Below, piece after piece: positions 10,089 through 19,730 of a stretch of 64,000 bases of DNA (its first letter is position 1; every line of letters starts with the position of its first letter). Source of the DNA: Giardia intestinalis (lineage: Eukaryota); assembly GCA_000002435.2 (NCBI GenBank), contig CM018790.1. One strand, written 5' to 3'. The position numbers and the translations under genes are program-made. The notes under the pieces are model-generated. The model saw only the letters and a list, made by a program, of their open reading frames with translations. It was not told the DNA's origin and ran no database searches.

Positions 10089-11708
10089 ATGACTGCTGAA
10101 CTGTTGCAGCTCAAAAACCAATTCTACGATCTTGCCAAGGAACTCCTCGGTCAACTCGATCCTTCAGAAGCTCAAGAAAAGACATCAGCGGCAAACACCT
10201 ACCATGTGGAAGGCACGTTCGCGGGGTTCTTAAGCAAAAATATCCTGGAGCAATGCGAGCGCCGCCTGCCTCACGCATCTAGACCCGTCTGTTTGGATTC
10301 TTCACAGAGTCAACGGGATCATACATTAGCAATGGCCGCACTGTTAATTCCTATCTATAATTTAATAGCTAAGTATCACTTAACGCAGGTAATGAGTTGT
10401 GCAAGCAGGCGTCTTGTCACAACCATTGACGACACAGCGTTTCCTGTAAGGACTCTCAGTGGCGCCTCTTTATCTATAGAAGACATCCTAACCGTGAAGA
10501 CCCCTAACGCGTGGCTAAATGACGAAGTAATCAATGCACAGGTGTCACTTATAAATGCTCGTTGCAAGGGGCTTTCAATTGCAAACACACACCTTTATAG
10601 CAAGGCTTTGTCCTCAGGACCATACGGGCTAGAGGCCTGGCTCCGTCCTCTTCTATCCCAGCCAATAGAAACCTTTGTTATACCAATGAATCTAAACAAC
10701 ACACACTGGACAGCATGCTCTATACATCTTCAAGGGCATTTTGTTTTCTGCTTTGATTCTATGCGTGCCATTAACACACGCACAATCAAACCAGTTCTCC
10801 TGCTTCTGTTAACTTACGCAGATATGTTTGGATTGACCAGGGATGTCATACATAGGAGCTTAGTAGTTTTGTTCCCGGGGTTCGCACGCACATTCATAGA
10901 GATAGATGAGGAGGAGCATATACTTGAAGAGCTAGCTAGTATTGAGAAACAACGTGCCAATATTGCATTACTTTCACAGAGCGTCGGAGAAAACATAGAT
11001 ACAATATCAATTTCGTCCACAGGATCAGATGCAGAGCTTAGTTCGGTGCAGGCTGTACTCACTTCATCTGCCAACACAGATACCAGGCCCAAACGAATCT
11101 TCGAGAAGCTTGCACTTCAGCGTCCACGATCGTCGTACTACTTGTTGCACAGGATGAGGCTTAGTATGTGTGGTATATCCAATTCCACGGACAGTACCGG
11201 GCTCCTCTCCAGACCAACGATTGACACTAAAGAGCAGGATGATCTAATAGCTACCAGGGGAGCCCCTACATCTCCCGCAGCTGCAAACATAGTTCTGGAG
11301 ATCTTATCTACCCTTACTGCATGCACAGCAGACATTGAAGTCGCAGGGCAAAGGCTTCACGATGAGGGGCTTGACACTCTTTTGGATTCCCCTTCAAGTG
11401 ATCTCCTGTTTGTAGATGTGAAGACAGCAGAGATAGCTTTGCACAAGCTGCGTAGAGAATACAACATTGGGAGCCTGCTTACTTCTGCTGCAGAAGCAGT
11501 AATGCTTTCACTGAATATGCCTCAGCAAGAAAATGGGTATGATTGCGGAGTCTATATGCTGTTATTTATGAAGATGATTGCACGTCAGTTTGGACCTGGC
11601 TATCCACTTGTGGCCCAGGACACCAAGAGAGTAAGGTCCCTTATAACTATGGAGGTGTGTAAGCAAAAGCTACTGATCACCCCGCAAGATCTGGACGAGC
11701 TCTGCTAG
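10089..11708 (+). CDS. Ulp1/SENP-type SUMO-specific cysteine protease (peptidase C48) with a long insertion between the catalytic His/Asp and Gln/Cys.
   Basis: WLNDEVINAQV motif. Catalytic His in NNTHWTACSIH (aa 206), Asp in CFDSM (aa 223), and oxyanion Gln plus catalytic Cys in PQQENGYDCGVYML (Cys at aa 486). The ~260-aa Ser/acidic-rich spacer between Asp and Cys is unusual; the canonical spacing is about 50 aa. Confidence 0.75.
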   Translation: MTAELLQLKNQFYDLAKELLGQLDPSEAQEKTSAANTYHVEGTFAGFLSKNILEQCERRLPHASRPVCLDSSQSQRDHTLAMAALLIPIYNLIAKYHLTQVMSCASRRLVTTIDDTAFPVRTLSGASLSIEDILTVKTPNAWLNDEVINAQVSLINARCKGLSIANTHLYSKALSSGPYGLEAWLRPLLSQPIETFVIPMNLNNTHWTACSIHLQGHFVFCFDSMRAINTRTIKPVLLLLLTYADMFGLTRDVIHRSLVVLFPGFARTFIEIDEEEHILEELASIEKQRANIALLSQSVGENIDTISISSTGSDAELSSVQAVLTSSANTDTRPKRIFEKLALQRPRSSYYLLHRMRLSMCGISNSTDSTGLLSRPTIDTKEQDDLIATRGAPTSPAAANIVLEILSTLTACTADIEVAGQRLHDEGLDTLLDSPSSDLLFVDVKTAEIALHKLRREYNIGSLLTSAAEAVMLSLNMPQQENGYDCGVYMLLFMKMIARQFGPGYPLVAQDTKRVRSLITMEVCKQKLLITPQDLDELC

Positions 11709-11790
11709 GCCTATGGGTCTGGTGTCTAAGTTGTGTTTGAAAACCCTACTCTGCCCGTGTTAGGGAAAGTTTCAAATTCTAAAAAATAGT

Positions 11791-14046
11791 ATGTTTTCTA
11801 CCGCCTCCATTGCCTCAGAAAGCGACTGGTTTGAGGCCGTGAAGCAGTCCCGTCTCGGAGATATCAAAAACGCTGCTCACTCCTATGCTGGAGCCGTGGA
11901 CAACGCTGGGGAGACGGGTCTGATGCTGGCCGCGCGTCTGGGGTACGAGTCGCTGGTTAACTTTTTGCTCCCCTATGAGTCAGGACAATTTAATCTGCGT
12001 GGAGAAACGGCGCTAATTATTGCCATGCAGGCCCACAAGCTCAAGATAGTTCAGCTTTTGGCACCCCGCGAGGCTTCTGTCAAGCTAGAAAAAGGAGGGT
12101 CCGCACTCCACTATGCCGTGATTTACGAGTACCTGGACTCCATCCCTATCCTGGCTAAGTATCTCAAGGATGTCCCCGATCCAGAGGGCCTGCTCCCCTT
12201 GGAACTTGCCGTCCGGACAGAAAACTTTGAGGCCACCGTGGATCTTCTGTACTACGGTCAGCCTCACAGCCTCGCGAGTCTTACACGTGCACGGTCTCTC
12301 CTTTCAGACAAGCTTGGAGCCAATTGGACACGTGAATTTGATAAGTACATGTCTGCTGCTGAGGATCATTATTTGAACGATTCAGATAGCTGCGGTAAGG
12401 TGCCAGAGGGTGGTACATCAACTTATACCGGAACTTCACGTAACAGTTATCCACCCTTTTTTCTTGAGCGCACGGAAGAGGATGCCTTAGTAGAACAGCC
12501 ACAGCCACCCTACAGTCCAACTTCTGAGGACTACGGAGCATTGGGGGCTGCAGCTGCCGCTGCATCGCGAAACAAAAATAAGTTTGGCAATCTGAATTTA
12601 CATGGTACCAATCCAATCATACCAGAAGAGGACGATATTCCCAAGATAGAAGACGTTGTAGAGCCTGATCTAGATTTTCCTGTGCGATGTGAATACGATC
12701 CACAAGGTTATAGTCCAATCCAAGAGACTGTCAACCACACGGTTACATCCCCGTCCATCTTGACAGGGGAGCTGATGAACTATGAGAATGCGCTTTTACA
12801 GCAACCATCGTCAAGTATAGGCAGGGAGCTAGAACTGGCAATCTCTGATGCTCGTTATGAAGGGCAGCATGACTCACAAGACGCTGCTCCTCAGGCACTC
12901 ATTTATGACCCTGTGCAGCCCAAGAATATCGATGCAAAGTCACGGCAAGAAGAACTTGCACGCAAAGCGGAGATGGAAGACACCAGATACAAATATTTCG
13001 AAAAAGACATCGCCAAACTAACGGCATCTGTTTCAAGGACAAGGACAGCCAATGATGTATTGCAGCTCCTGGGAAGCTCAACAACCATAGAAGAGGATGC
13101 ACTACCAAGAAACAAGTTCGTCCCTGATATTACTGCTTCTCAGCGTGTGGTTTCACCTCGTGGAAGTATGCGGGCTAGCTCAGGGCCACGGTCCCCGAAT
13201 CGAAGAGCGATCAATTCTCAAGGATTGGACGCGTCATTCTCCAGTCGATACTCCAATGTGGAGAAGGCAGGCAGCAGGTTATCTGGGAGCCGCACCACAG
13301 AGAACCTCCTCAAAGATCTGGTGACAAGTAGGTATTTGAATGGCGATACTGAGCTCATTTATTCGGTAAAGCACAAGAATCTCCCCATGGTCGATCAGCT
13401 GGCCCCTTCGCAGCACGGTGAGCGAGACGCCGACGGGAAAACAGCCCTTCATCTAGCAGCAGAACGCAACAACAAGCCAATGATAGATATCCTAGCGCAG
13501 TACGAGGCAAGTATGTTTGATAACGACGGCTGGACCGCTCTCATGCGCCTTGCTGCACAGAATGCAGTAGACTCTGTCTGGCCTCTTCTTGACAAGGAGG
13601 CGCGACTGCAGCGAGCAGCAGATGGATGGACGGCGCTGATGATCGCTGTAATGCACGCCGACCTGGAGATGGTTAAGATATTGGAGCCGTACGAGGTGGG
13701 AATGCAGGCCCACGACGGGTCCACCGCGTTAATACTAGCGATAAAGGCTGATAGACCCAGCGTGGCGACGTTCTTGTTTCAGAAGGAGCGGCATATATGC
13801 GACAAAGACGGTATATCTGGCGAGCAGTGGGGAATCAACCTCAATCGGCCATATATCAAAGCGATACTTGTTGAGGAAGCGCGAAAACGAGAAGAGCAAA
13901 TGAGCAAGAAGCGCCAAAGTGTGGTTTTGCCTAAGTACGTCCCACGATCACGTATAACAAAGATAGAGGCCAGAAGCCCAAGACGTAGTGACGCCATGAG
14001 TGACGGTTACCGGCTTCCCTCCATATGGCTCAACGAAGTTGATTAG
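11791..14046 (+). CDS. Ankyrin-repeat protein (Protein 21.1 family) with no kinase domain.
   Basis: N-terminus MFSTASIASESDWFEAVKQSRLGDIKNA followed by GETGLMLAARLGYESLVNFLLPYE and GETALIIAMQAHKLKIVQLLAPRE. C-terminal repeats GKTALHLAAERNNKPMIDIL, GWTALMRLAAQNAVDSV, GWTALMIAVMHADLEMVKIL, GSTALILAIKADRPSVA. Long low-complexity middle region. Confidence 0.75.
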   Translation: MFSTASIASESDWFEAVKQSRLGDIKNAAHSYAGAVDNAGETGLMLAARLGYESLVNFLLPYESGQFNLRGETALIIAMQAHKLKIVQLLAPREASVKLEKGGSALHYAVIYEYLDSIPILAKYLKDVPDPEGLLPLELAVRTENFEATVDLLYYGQPHSLASLTRARSLLSDKLGANWTREFDKYMSAAEDHYLNDSDSCGKVPEGGTSTYTGTSRNSYPPFFLERTEEDALVEQPQPPYSPTSEDYGALGAAAAAASRNKNKFGNLNLHGTNPIIPEEDDIPKIEDVVEPDLDFPVRCEYDPQGYSPIQETVNHTVTSPSILTGELMNYENALLQQPSSSIGRELELAISDARYEGQHDSQDAAPQALIYDPVQPKNIDAKSRQEELARKAEMEDTRYKYFEKDIAKLTASVSRTRTANDVLQLLGSSTTIEEDALPRNKFVPDITASQRVVSPRGSMRASSGPRSPNRRAINSQGLDASFSSRYSNVEKAGSRLSGSRTTENLLKDLVTSRYLNGDTELIYSVKHKNLPMVDQLAPSQHGERDADGKTALHLAAERNNKPMIDILAQYEASMFDNDGWTALMRLAAQNAVDSVWPLLDKEARLQRAADGWTALMIAVMHADLEMVKILEPYEVGMQAHDGSTALILAIKADRPSVATFLFQKERHICDKDGISGEQWGINLNRPYIKAILVEEARKREEQMSKKRQSVVLPKYVPRSRITKIEARSPRRSDAMSDGYRLPSIWLNEVD

Positions 14047-14059
14047 TATGCGGGAAATG

Positions 14060-16195
14060 TCACTGAAGCAGTGATTCCAGTGCATCTGTCCATGCTAGAG
14101 TTCCCCTTTCTAAAGTAAATAGCGAGGAAAGAACCGCAGGAGCTGCTGCTCGATAGAGCTGGTCGTTTCTGTCTCTGAGGAATCGCATATAGGAGAGTGT
14201 AAAGCGAATGTTCCTATACATTATGACATCGCGCTCAGACCCCGTTTGGATTGCCTTGAGGCGCTGGGAAAGATGAGATAAAATAGAGGACTGGAGGGAG
14301 GCGGGATCTGCGTCCGGATCCTTGGAGGCCAGAAGATTGACAACTCCGTCTTTGCAATCTAATGCAAAGATACCATAGCTCAAGAAGTCCACCAACAACC
14401 TAAGATCGTTGATATCCGGATTCGTGCGACATAGCTTCACAAGAAGGGGCAAAACAGACGGGTCCTTATTTTCGACAGACTCTATGCTACTGTCTGCCAT
14501 GGTGGTGGCAGCAGAAGAAGACTCGCCCACAATCTCCAGAGTAGATGCATTGATCGACGAGAGAGAAAGATTCATGAGGCCCATGAGATCATCTCGGTAC
14601 AACCCAACGTGGTCAGCGATCTTGACAAAGAACGGGATGGTCGTGTCTTTGTAGAGACAAATGGCGTCGCTATTGGGTGTAACGGTGACCAACAATGGGA
14701 TGGACAGCTGTTTGTCGAGAAGGTCTCTGAGTCGTGGAGATGAGTATACCCGCTGTGCGTAAGGGAGGAGCGCGGGGATGTCCAGGTCTATATCGAGGGT
14801 AAGAGCGTAAGTGCTGAGAATAATTCCTGTGGGAGACCGCTTTATATCGGGCATCTGGTGGTCTGCATCCAAATAGGAGACGATCTCCGTCACAGAGGCA
14901 TGCGTCTTGGACACCACCTTATTTGTGAACAAGAAGTCATCGAGTCCGCTCACCTCAAACACAAGATGCTTAATTAAGGACTTGGAACACACCAGTTCAA
15001 AGTTCAAAGTGATGCGATTCAGCTTCGACTTGGACGGAAGAACACGGTGTACGGTCTGGGGCTGGTCCAGGTACCTCAACTGCGGGTTCATCTCGCGCGT
15101 CCTCTGGTCCCATGTGCCACAATACTGCTTTAGACAGTCTCCGATACGTTCATCGACAACGGCTCTATAGCATAGCTCGGCAACCTGGTATACAGCTTTG
15201 TGGTCAGAAAGCATCAGGTCCTGAAGAGATGAGTATTTAATATAATTGAGCTTCAGATTATCGCCTTGATTGTATTTTCTGGAGATGAGGATGCGATCTG
15301 TCCAGGAGGGCTCTCTGTCTAAAACTAGCGAGCCTCCCTTTCCATACTTGTAGGATGGCGGGAAGACAATCTTTTCTTCTTCAAACGAGTTACTGTTGAG
15401 AATGAATGCATCCGAATCCATCCTAATCTTGAGTTGGTCTTCTTTCGTAGCCTTATCTATGCGATAGTTGAGGTCACCAAGCAGAATTATATAATCGTAG
15501 CACTCGAAGATCGGTAAGTTCTCTTGGTTTCTGCGGTGAAGAGCACTCCTATCCATGGGGAGGAAGCTTGCAAAGCGGAGGTCACGTGCCTCATTGAACT
15601 GGTCTGCAGCCATGAAGTTCTGCTCATCTGTCGACCCATCCTGCTTCTTCACAGTACACAGGGTCACAGAGGAGTGGTGGAAGAGACTAATCAGCTGCTT
15701 GTCCCGCTTTTCAAGGTCCTCCTCTGTTTCACCGTGCAGAAGATGACAATTTAAGATCAAATAGGATGTGCTGTTGATGCAGAAAGAGACCGCAACACCA
15801 CCCTTGTTACCGAAGATTTTTCCCACCCCCATCGAGACCGTCGTCGCCTCGATGTCGTGCATCTGGGGCAATAACTGCACATCTATGTACATGAGTATCA
15901 CAATACCCATCATGAAGTGAGAGGCAAGCTTCATATACTTGAGAGAGTTGGAGGACTTGGTGCCTCCGCGGACAAACTCAGCGTCTAGAAGATCCTCCCA
16001 CTTCGTGATGCGCTTCGACTTCTTAATATTCGCGGAGATTGACATGTCGATCTCCTGGAAGCCCAGCACCACCACGCGGCTTCCGACCATGACCTTAGCG
16101 ATCTCCTTGGCTGCCAGCTGGTTCGGATCCTTCTCTTTAACGTTGAAGGTCATGAACGCCATCTGCACTGGATGGTACTCAAAGACCTGTTCCAT
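14060..16195 (-). CDS. Inositol polyphosphate 5-phosphatase (EEP superfamily) with a long C-terminal extension.
   Basis: Signature motifs ILLGDLNYRID, FPPSYKY and PSWTDRILI match the INPP5/synaptojanin catalytic motifs (GDLNYR, PPTYKY, PSWCDRIL). The track start at 16258 is TTG, so I moved the start to the in-frame ATG (MEQVFEYHP) at 16195. Confidence 0.7.
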   Translation of the reverse strand: MEQVFEYHPVQMAFMTFNVKEKDPNQLAAKEIAKVMVGSRVVVLGFQEIDMSISANIKKSKRITKWEDLLDAEFVRGGTKSSNSLKYMKLASHFMMGIVILMYIDVQLLPQMHDIEATTVSMGVGKIFGNKGGVAVSFCINSTSYLILNCHLLHGETEEDLEKRDKQLISLFHHSSVTLCTVKKQDGSTDEQNFMAADQFNEARDLRFASFLPMDRSALHRRNQENLPIFECYDYIILLGDLNYRIDKATKEDQLKIRMDSDAFILNSNSFEEEKIVFPPSYKYGKGGSLVLDREPSWTDRILISRKYNQGDNLKLNYIKYSSLQDLMLSDHKAVYQVAELCYRAVVDERIGDCLKQYCGTWDQRTREMNPQLRYLDQPQTVHRVLPSKSKLNRITLNFELVCSKSLIKHLVFEVSGLDDFLFTNKVVSKTHASVTEIVSYLDADHQMPDIKRSPTGIILSTYALTLDIDLDIPALLPYAQRVYSSPRLRDLLDKQLSIPLLVTVTPNSDAICLYKDTTIPFFVKIADHVGLYRDDLMGLMNLSLSSINASTLEIVGESSSAATTMADSSIESVENKDPSVLPLLVKLCRTNPDINDLRLLVDFLSYGIFALDCKDGVVNLLASKDPDADPASLQSSILSHLSQRLKAIQTGSERDVIMYRNIRFTLSYMRFLRDRNDQLYRAAAPAVLSSLFTLERGTLAWTDALESLLQ

Positions 16196-16318
16196 GACCC
16201 TTTTTGTTTTTAGATCTATGTTGAGGCCTGCACTGTGCGTAAGCTCAGCTAGACTCAATCATATTGTCGCGGCACCAGACATCACAGAAGAGCATTTACA
16301 AAAGCCCATAAAGCCGAG

Positions 16319-17002
16319 CTACGGCCCTTGCATATAAAGGTGAGACGGAGGTGAACAAGAGTATCTTCGACCCAGAAAGGCAAGAAGGAGAAGCTCAGCA
16401 TGGCCAGCGCCCTCGGTAGACTGGGCACCAAACGAACAGGGCTTGCTAGAGGCAGGAGTGGATGCAGATGGGAGGCGCTTGGGAGCTGGCTCTGGCGTGC
16501 AGTGGTGACCAACAGGTGTGTCCGCAGAAATCGCTCCTGAAAGAAGCTTGTGTTGCTTGTTGCTTATAAACACCGAGAGCTTGTGCCCAGCGAAGAACGT
16601 GCAATTAAGCTTGGCCACGCACTCTTCAGCTGCAGATTGGCTAGCGAACTTAATGAAACCTTTGCCCGTAAAGGCGTTCTTGTCGTCTATGTAATACTTT
16701 ACAGAAGAAACATGACACGCATTCGCCTTCACATGCGCACGGAAATCATCTATGGAAACAGAGTACCCAATTCCATTGACAAAGAGGACTGTTTCGATTG
16801 CAGGAATGAGCGCTGCCCCAATCCTACAGTTGAAGGCTACATTGAAGCCCTCCGCGGCAAGCCGGAGGTACTCTTGTGCAGCGTCGCCTGGAGTACTGAA
16901 CGACACGTAGACGGCACTGTATATCTTATCTCCAATACGCTCTCCTGTCTTCCGCTGGCTCTTTGCTCCAGAAATCTTCAAGAGCCGCAAGAGTTCATCC
17001 AT
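16319..17002 (-). CDS. RNA-binding protein with an RRM domain.
   Basis: RNP2-like hexamer LFVNGI and RNP1-like octamer KGFIKFAS about 40 aa apart, with a second partial RRM-like segment N-terminal to them. ATG start confirmed. Confidence 0.55.
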   Translation of the reverse strand: MDELLRLLKISGAKSQRKTGERIGDKIYSAVYVSFSTPGDAAQEYLRLAAEGFNVAFNCRIGAALIPAIETVLFVNGIGYSVSIDDFRAHVKANACHVSSVKYYIDDKNAFTGKGFIKFASQSAAEECVAKLNCTFFAGHKLSVFISNKQHKLLSGAISADTPVGHHCTPEPAPKRLPSASTPASSKPCSFGAQSTEGAGHAELLLLAFLGRRYSCSPPSHLYMQGP

Positions 17003-17182
17003 TTCGGCAGGATATGGGAGGAGGTCTATCTTGAGGTCACTGGATACGGTGAGTGTGGAGCCAGGCTGGTGAGTCGTTGCTGATCTATACTCGTACCCTC
17101 TTTCGTTTTAATTCTTTGCTTTTTTGCTTTTTCCGAGTACCTGGCTTCTATTAGCATTTGGCTTCAAAGCTAGGCCGTTACC

Positions 17183-18664
17183 ATGCATAATTCACATTCT
17201 ATTTCCTCAAGGGATCTAGCTAGCCTAGAATATCCGCTGGTTTGTCGAGATGAGGAGAGTCTTGAACTGAGCGAGCTATATGATACGGAGCCGTGTGTGG
17301 ACCCCTCAAACAGTTCAGACATCCTGATAGCTGGCAGGAAGCCCGATACCTCGGCTGGACTCGGTGCCACTACTCGACAATCTGCCCGCATAATCGATAT
17401 ATCTAAGCCTCGTATTGTTTCCCCCATAGCACCCAGATCTATATCAACTATAGAGGACCATGTACATTTATATCAATCTAACCTACAGAAGATCATTAGT
17501 GATCTAAAAGCCTATGTAAGCATAACAAACCATCCTAACCTCAGCGCTCAAGACATTCCTAAGATATGCGTTGAAAAGCTAGATACGGAAGAGTATCGTC
17601 GCAAGTTCACGGCCAGAACGAAGCTCTCCACAGCACTTCTTCAACAAGCTATGAACCTGCGCAAAAGAATCGAGGAAATACAGGGTCTTCTGGACAACTC
17701 GTGCACCCAGCCTCTGTCAGAAAAGCTACCCGGTAAAGAGCGGGCTCTGGAGTCCAGTGTTGAGAGTGGGCGGCCGCTCCCTATCTATGATCGTCTATTA
17801 CCCGCTACACGCTCTCCTGTATATGAGCAAAACTGCCGCGTCATTTGGGCCTCTAGTGAGTCGTTTGTTCTTCTTGCACACATAAGGCACTCCTCAGATA
17901 TGGGTACAGACCTTTTTGTCGCTCACGTTGACACTGAGTTGTCACGTTTTCAACAAGACAGTAACGCAGATCCATCCACTGACAAAGGATCCGTCATATG
18001 CACCCTTACCTTTTGGCTCAAGAAGAAAGGCAACCAGCTACTACTTCAGTTTCTTTGCAACGAGTTTCTAGAGGCCTATCGGCCAACGCTTCAGGGCAGT
18101 GATCAAGATATATCTGTGGAACCAAAACACATCAGAGAGAAGTGTTCACTGGACATGCTTGGGACTGCTCTCGGGCTTGGCATTAGACAGTCGCTCTCTT
18201 GCAATATGTTACAATTAACCTTCAGAGACATCTCTTCCCACGCTGCAAAGCACATCATTACAGTGATGTCAGATGTGTTTCAGCGCTTCTATGCACAGCT
18301 GCAGATCTGGGGAGCACTGCGGACGCCGCAGATTGTATTCTTAACATATTATCGGGCATGCCCGCACCTTTTCGCAAGCAAAAGTGATAAATTGATGAGC
18401 TTCCTGGGCTCTCAGATTGTTGGGGGTCACATGGAGCCAGAGCTCAAAATCTTATCTGCAAAGAGCACTACCCTACAAACATTCTCTGGCAATTGCCTGT
18501 ATTGCAAGCTTTACGTAGCGCAGTCCTTAGAATCGGTCATAGTACGGCTTACGTTCCAACAGAATGTAGAGAACCACATTGCGCTTACCTTCACTGCCTT
18601 TAGATTTTCGTCTGGAGAGGCTATCTCTGACGATGACGTCCGGACTATTCTTGCTGGTGGCTGA
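17183..18664 (+). CDS. Hypothetical protein (493 aa).
   Basis: Long ORF with an ATG start and Giardia-typical spacing to its neighbours. No recognisable motif. Confidence 0.45.
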   Translation: MHNSHSISSRDLASLEYPLVCRDEESLELSELYDTEPCVDPSNSSDILIAGRKPDTSAGLGATTRQSARIIDISKPRIVSPIAPRSISTIEDHVHLYQSNLQKIISDLKAYVSITNHPNLSAQDIPKICVEKLDTEEYRRKFTARTKLSTALLQQAMNLRKRIEEIQGLLDNSCTQPLSEKLPGKERALESSVESGRPLPIYDRLLPATRSPVYEQNCRVIWASSESFVLLAHIRHSSDMGTDLFVAHVDTELSRFQQDSNADPSTDKGSVICTLTFWLKKKGNQLLLQFLCNEFLEAYRPTLQGSDQDISVEPKHIREKCSLDMLGTALGLGIRQSLSCNMLQLTFRDISSHAAKHIITVMSDVFQRFYAQLQIWGALRTPQIVFLTYYRACPHLFASKSDKLMSFLGSQIVGGHMEPELKILSAKSTTLQTFSGNCLYCKLYVAQSLESVIVRLTFQQNVENHIALTFTAFRFSSGEAISDDDVRTILAGG

Positions 18665-18795
18665 TTGATAACTGCCACGTCGTGCCCATACGTCTGCACT
18701 GATTAGTCTTTCTGAAGCGATTTCATCTGAGGTCCTGATAAATCATCTGATAAATCACGTGTTAAGTCAAAATCTCACGATAGGACCTTACAAAA

Positions 18796-19434
18796 ATGTT
18801 CCGCCCACACGCCGCCCCCCGAGGAAGTTCCGTGAGTGCAGCGCTAGTAGAGCATGGACGGACTAGTATCACTACCTTTCATCCTTCGACCCCGGAGACA
18901 TATGTCCCTTCAGAGTGCACTCGCACCATGAAGCCGCGCACCTCACGGATTACAATGAGCACCGTCGGGGCGTCCCGCGTATCACCAAGTGTTCAACCAG
19001 GTTATGCACAACCCGAATTTAACAGCAAACTCGCTGGAGCCATACGCCACGAGCACCAGAAGAGTCTGCGGGAGCACACTTCCGCCTTTCAAGAGGTCGC
19101 CTACAGGCACGCAGATCGCCCTGCAGAGAAGCTGGTTTACGGGGACCACCATGATTTCTTCTATCCTGCACAAGAGTGTGGCTTAACGGGCCCCCTGGGG
19201 TCACGTTTTTGCCGCAATCCCGAGAACATCGGTCAAGAGGACAAGGATCGACGGGTGCAAGTGACTAACGCTAGGCAAGGCACCAGGCATGCAAATGAAG
19301 AGCGCATCCGTGCAACTTATGCAAAGGAGGAGCAGGACGCCCAACAACGCGAGGCAAAGAAAATTGCAGGGAAGCGCCGCCAACGTGAGATATACATGAC
19401 AATGCTCCAAGAAAGTCTTGAAACACAGATGTAA
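18796..19434 (+). CDS. Hypothetical basic protein (212 aa) with a K/R/E-rich C-terminus.
   Basis: ATG start. C-terminus EERIRATYAKEEQDAQQREAKKIAGKRRQREIYMTMLQ resembles a charged nuclear or ribosome-associated tail. No confident family assignment. Confidence 0.4.
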   Translation: MFRPHAAPRGSSVSAALVEHGRTSITTFHPSTPETYVPSECTRTMKPRTSRITMSTVGASRVSPSVQPGYAQPEFNSKLAGAIRHEHQKSLREHTSAFQEVAYRHADRPAEKLVYGDHHDFFYPAQECGLTGPLGSRFCRNPENIGQEDKDRRVQVTNARQGTRHANEERIRATYAKEEQDAQQREAKKIAGKRRQREIYMTMLQESLETQM

Positions 19435-19730
19435 AGGTGGTCGTCTCCAGAGTTTTTCCAGAAGTGACGTCCTCATATGATGGCATTGAGATTTAACAGT
19501 CAAGCAATCTTGCCGAGCAATCTTGTCTAGGTAACAATGAGAGAGCGGGAGACTGTCTCAAGTGCGCCCACTTTTCAAGACCATTTACAGCACTTGTGAT
19601 AATTACAGCTAAAATGGGCTGAAGCAGCGCTGTCTAATTACAGAATAAACGTCTCCGTCTTTTAATCTTGAGGTACCAGCTCGCAATTAATTTCGCAAAT
19701 CACGCGGGAATCTGTGTCAAGCCAGGATCT

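Noticed and set aside
16550-17083. 177-aa plus-strand ORF
   Set aside because: It lies fully antisense to the RRM-protein gene (16319-17002), which has clear RNP1/RNP2 motifs, and it has no features of its own.
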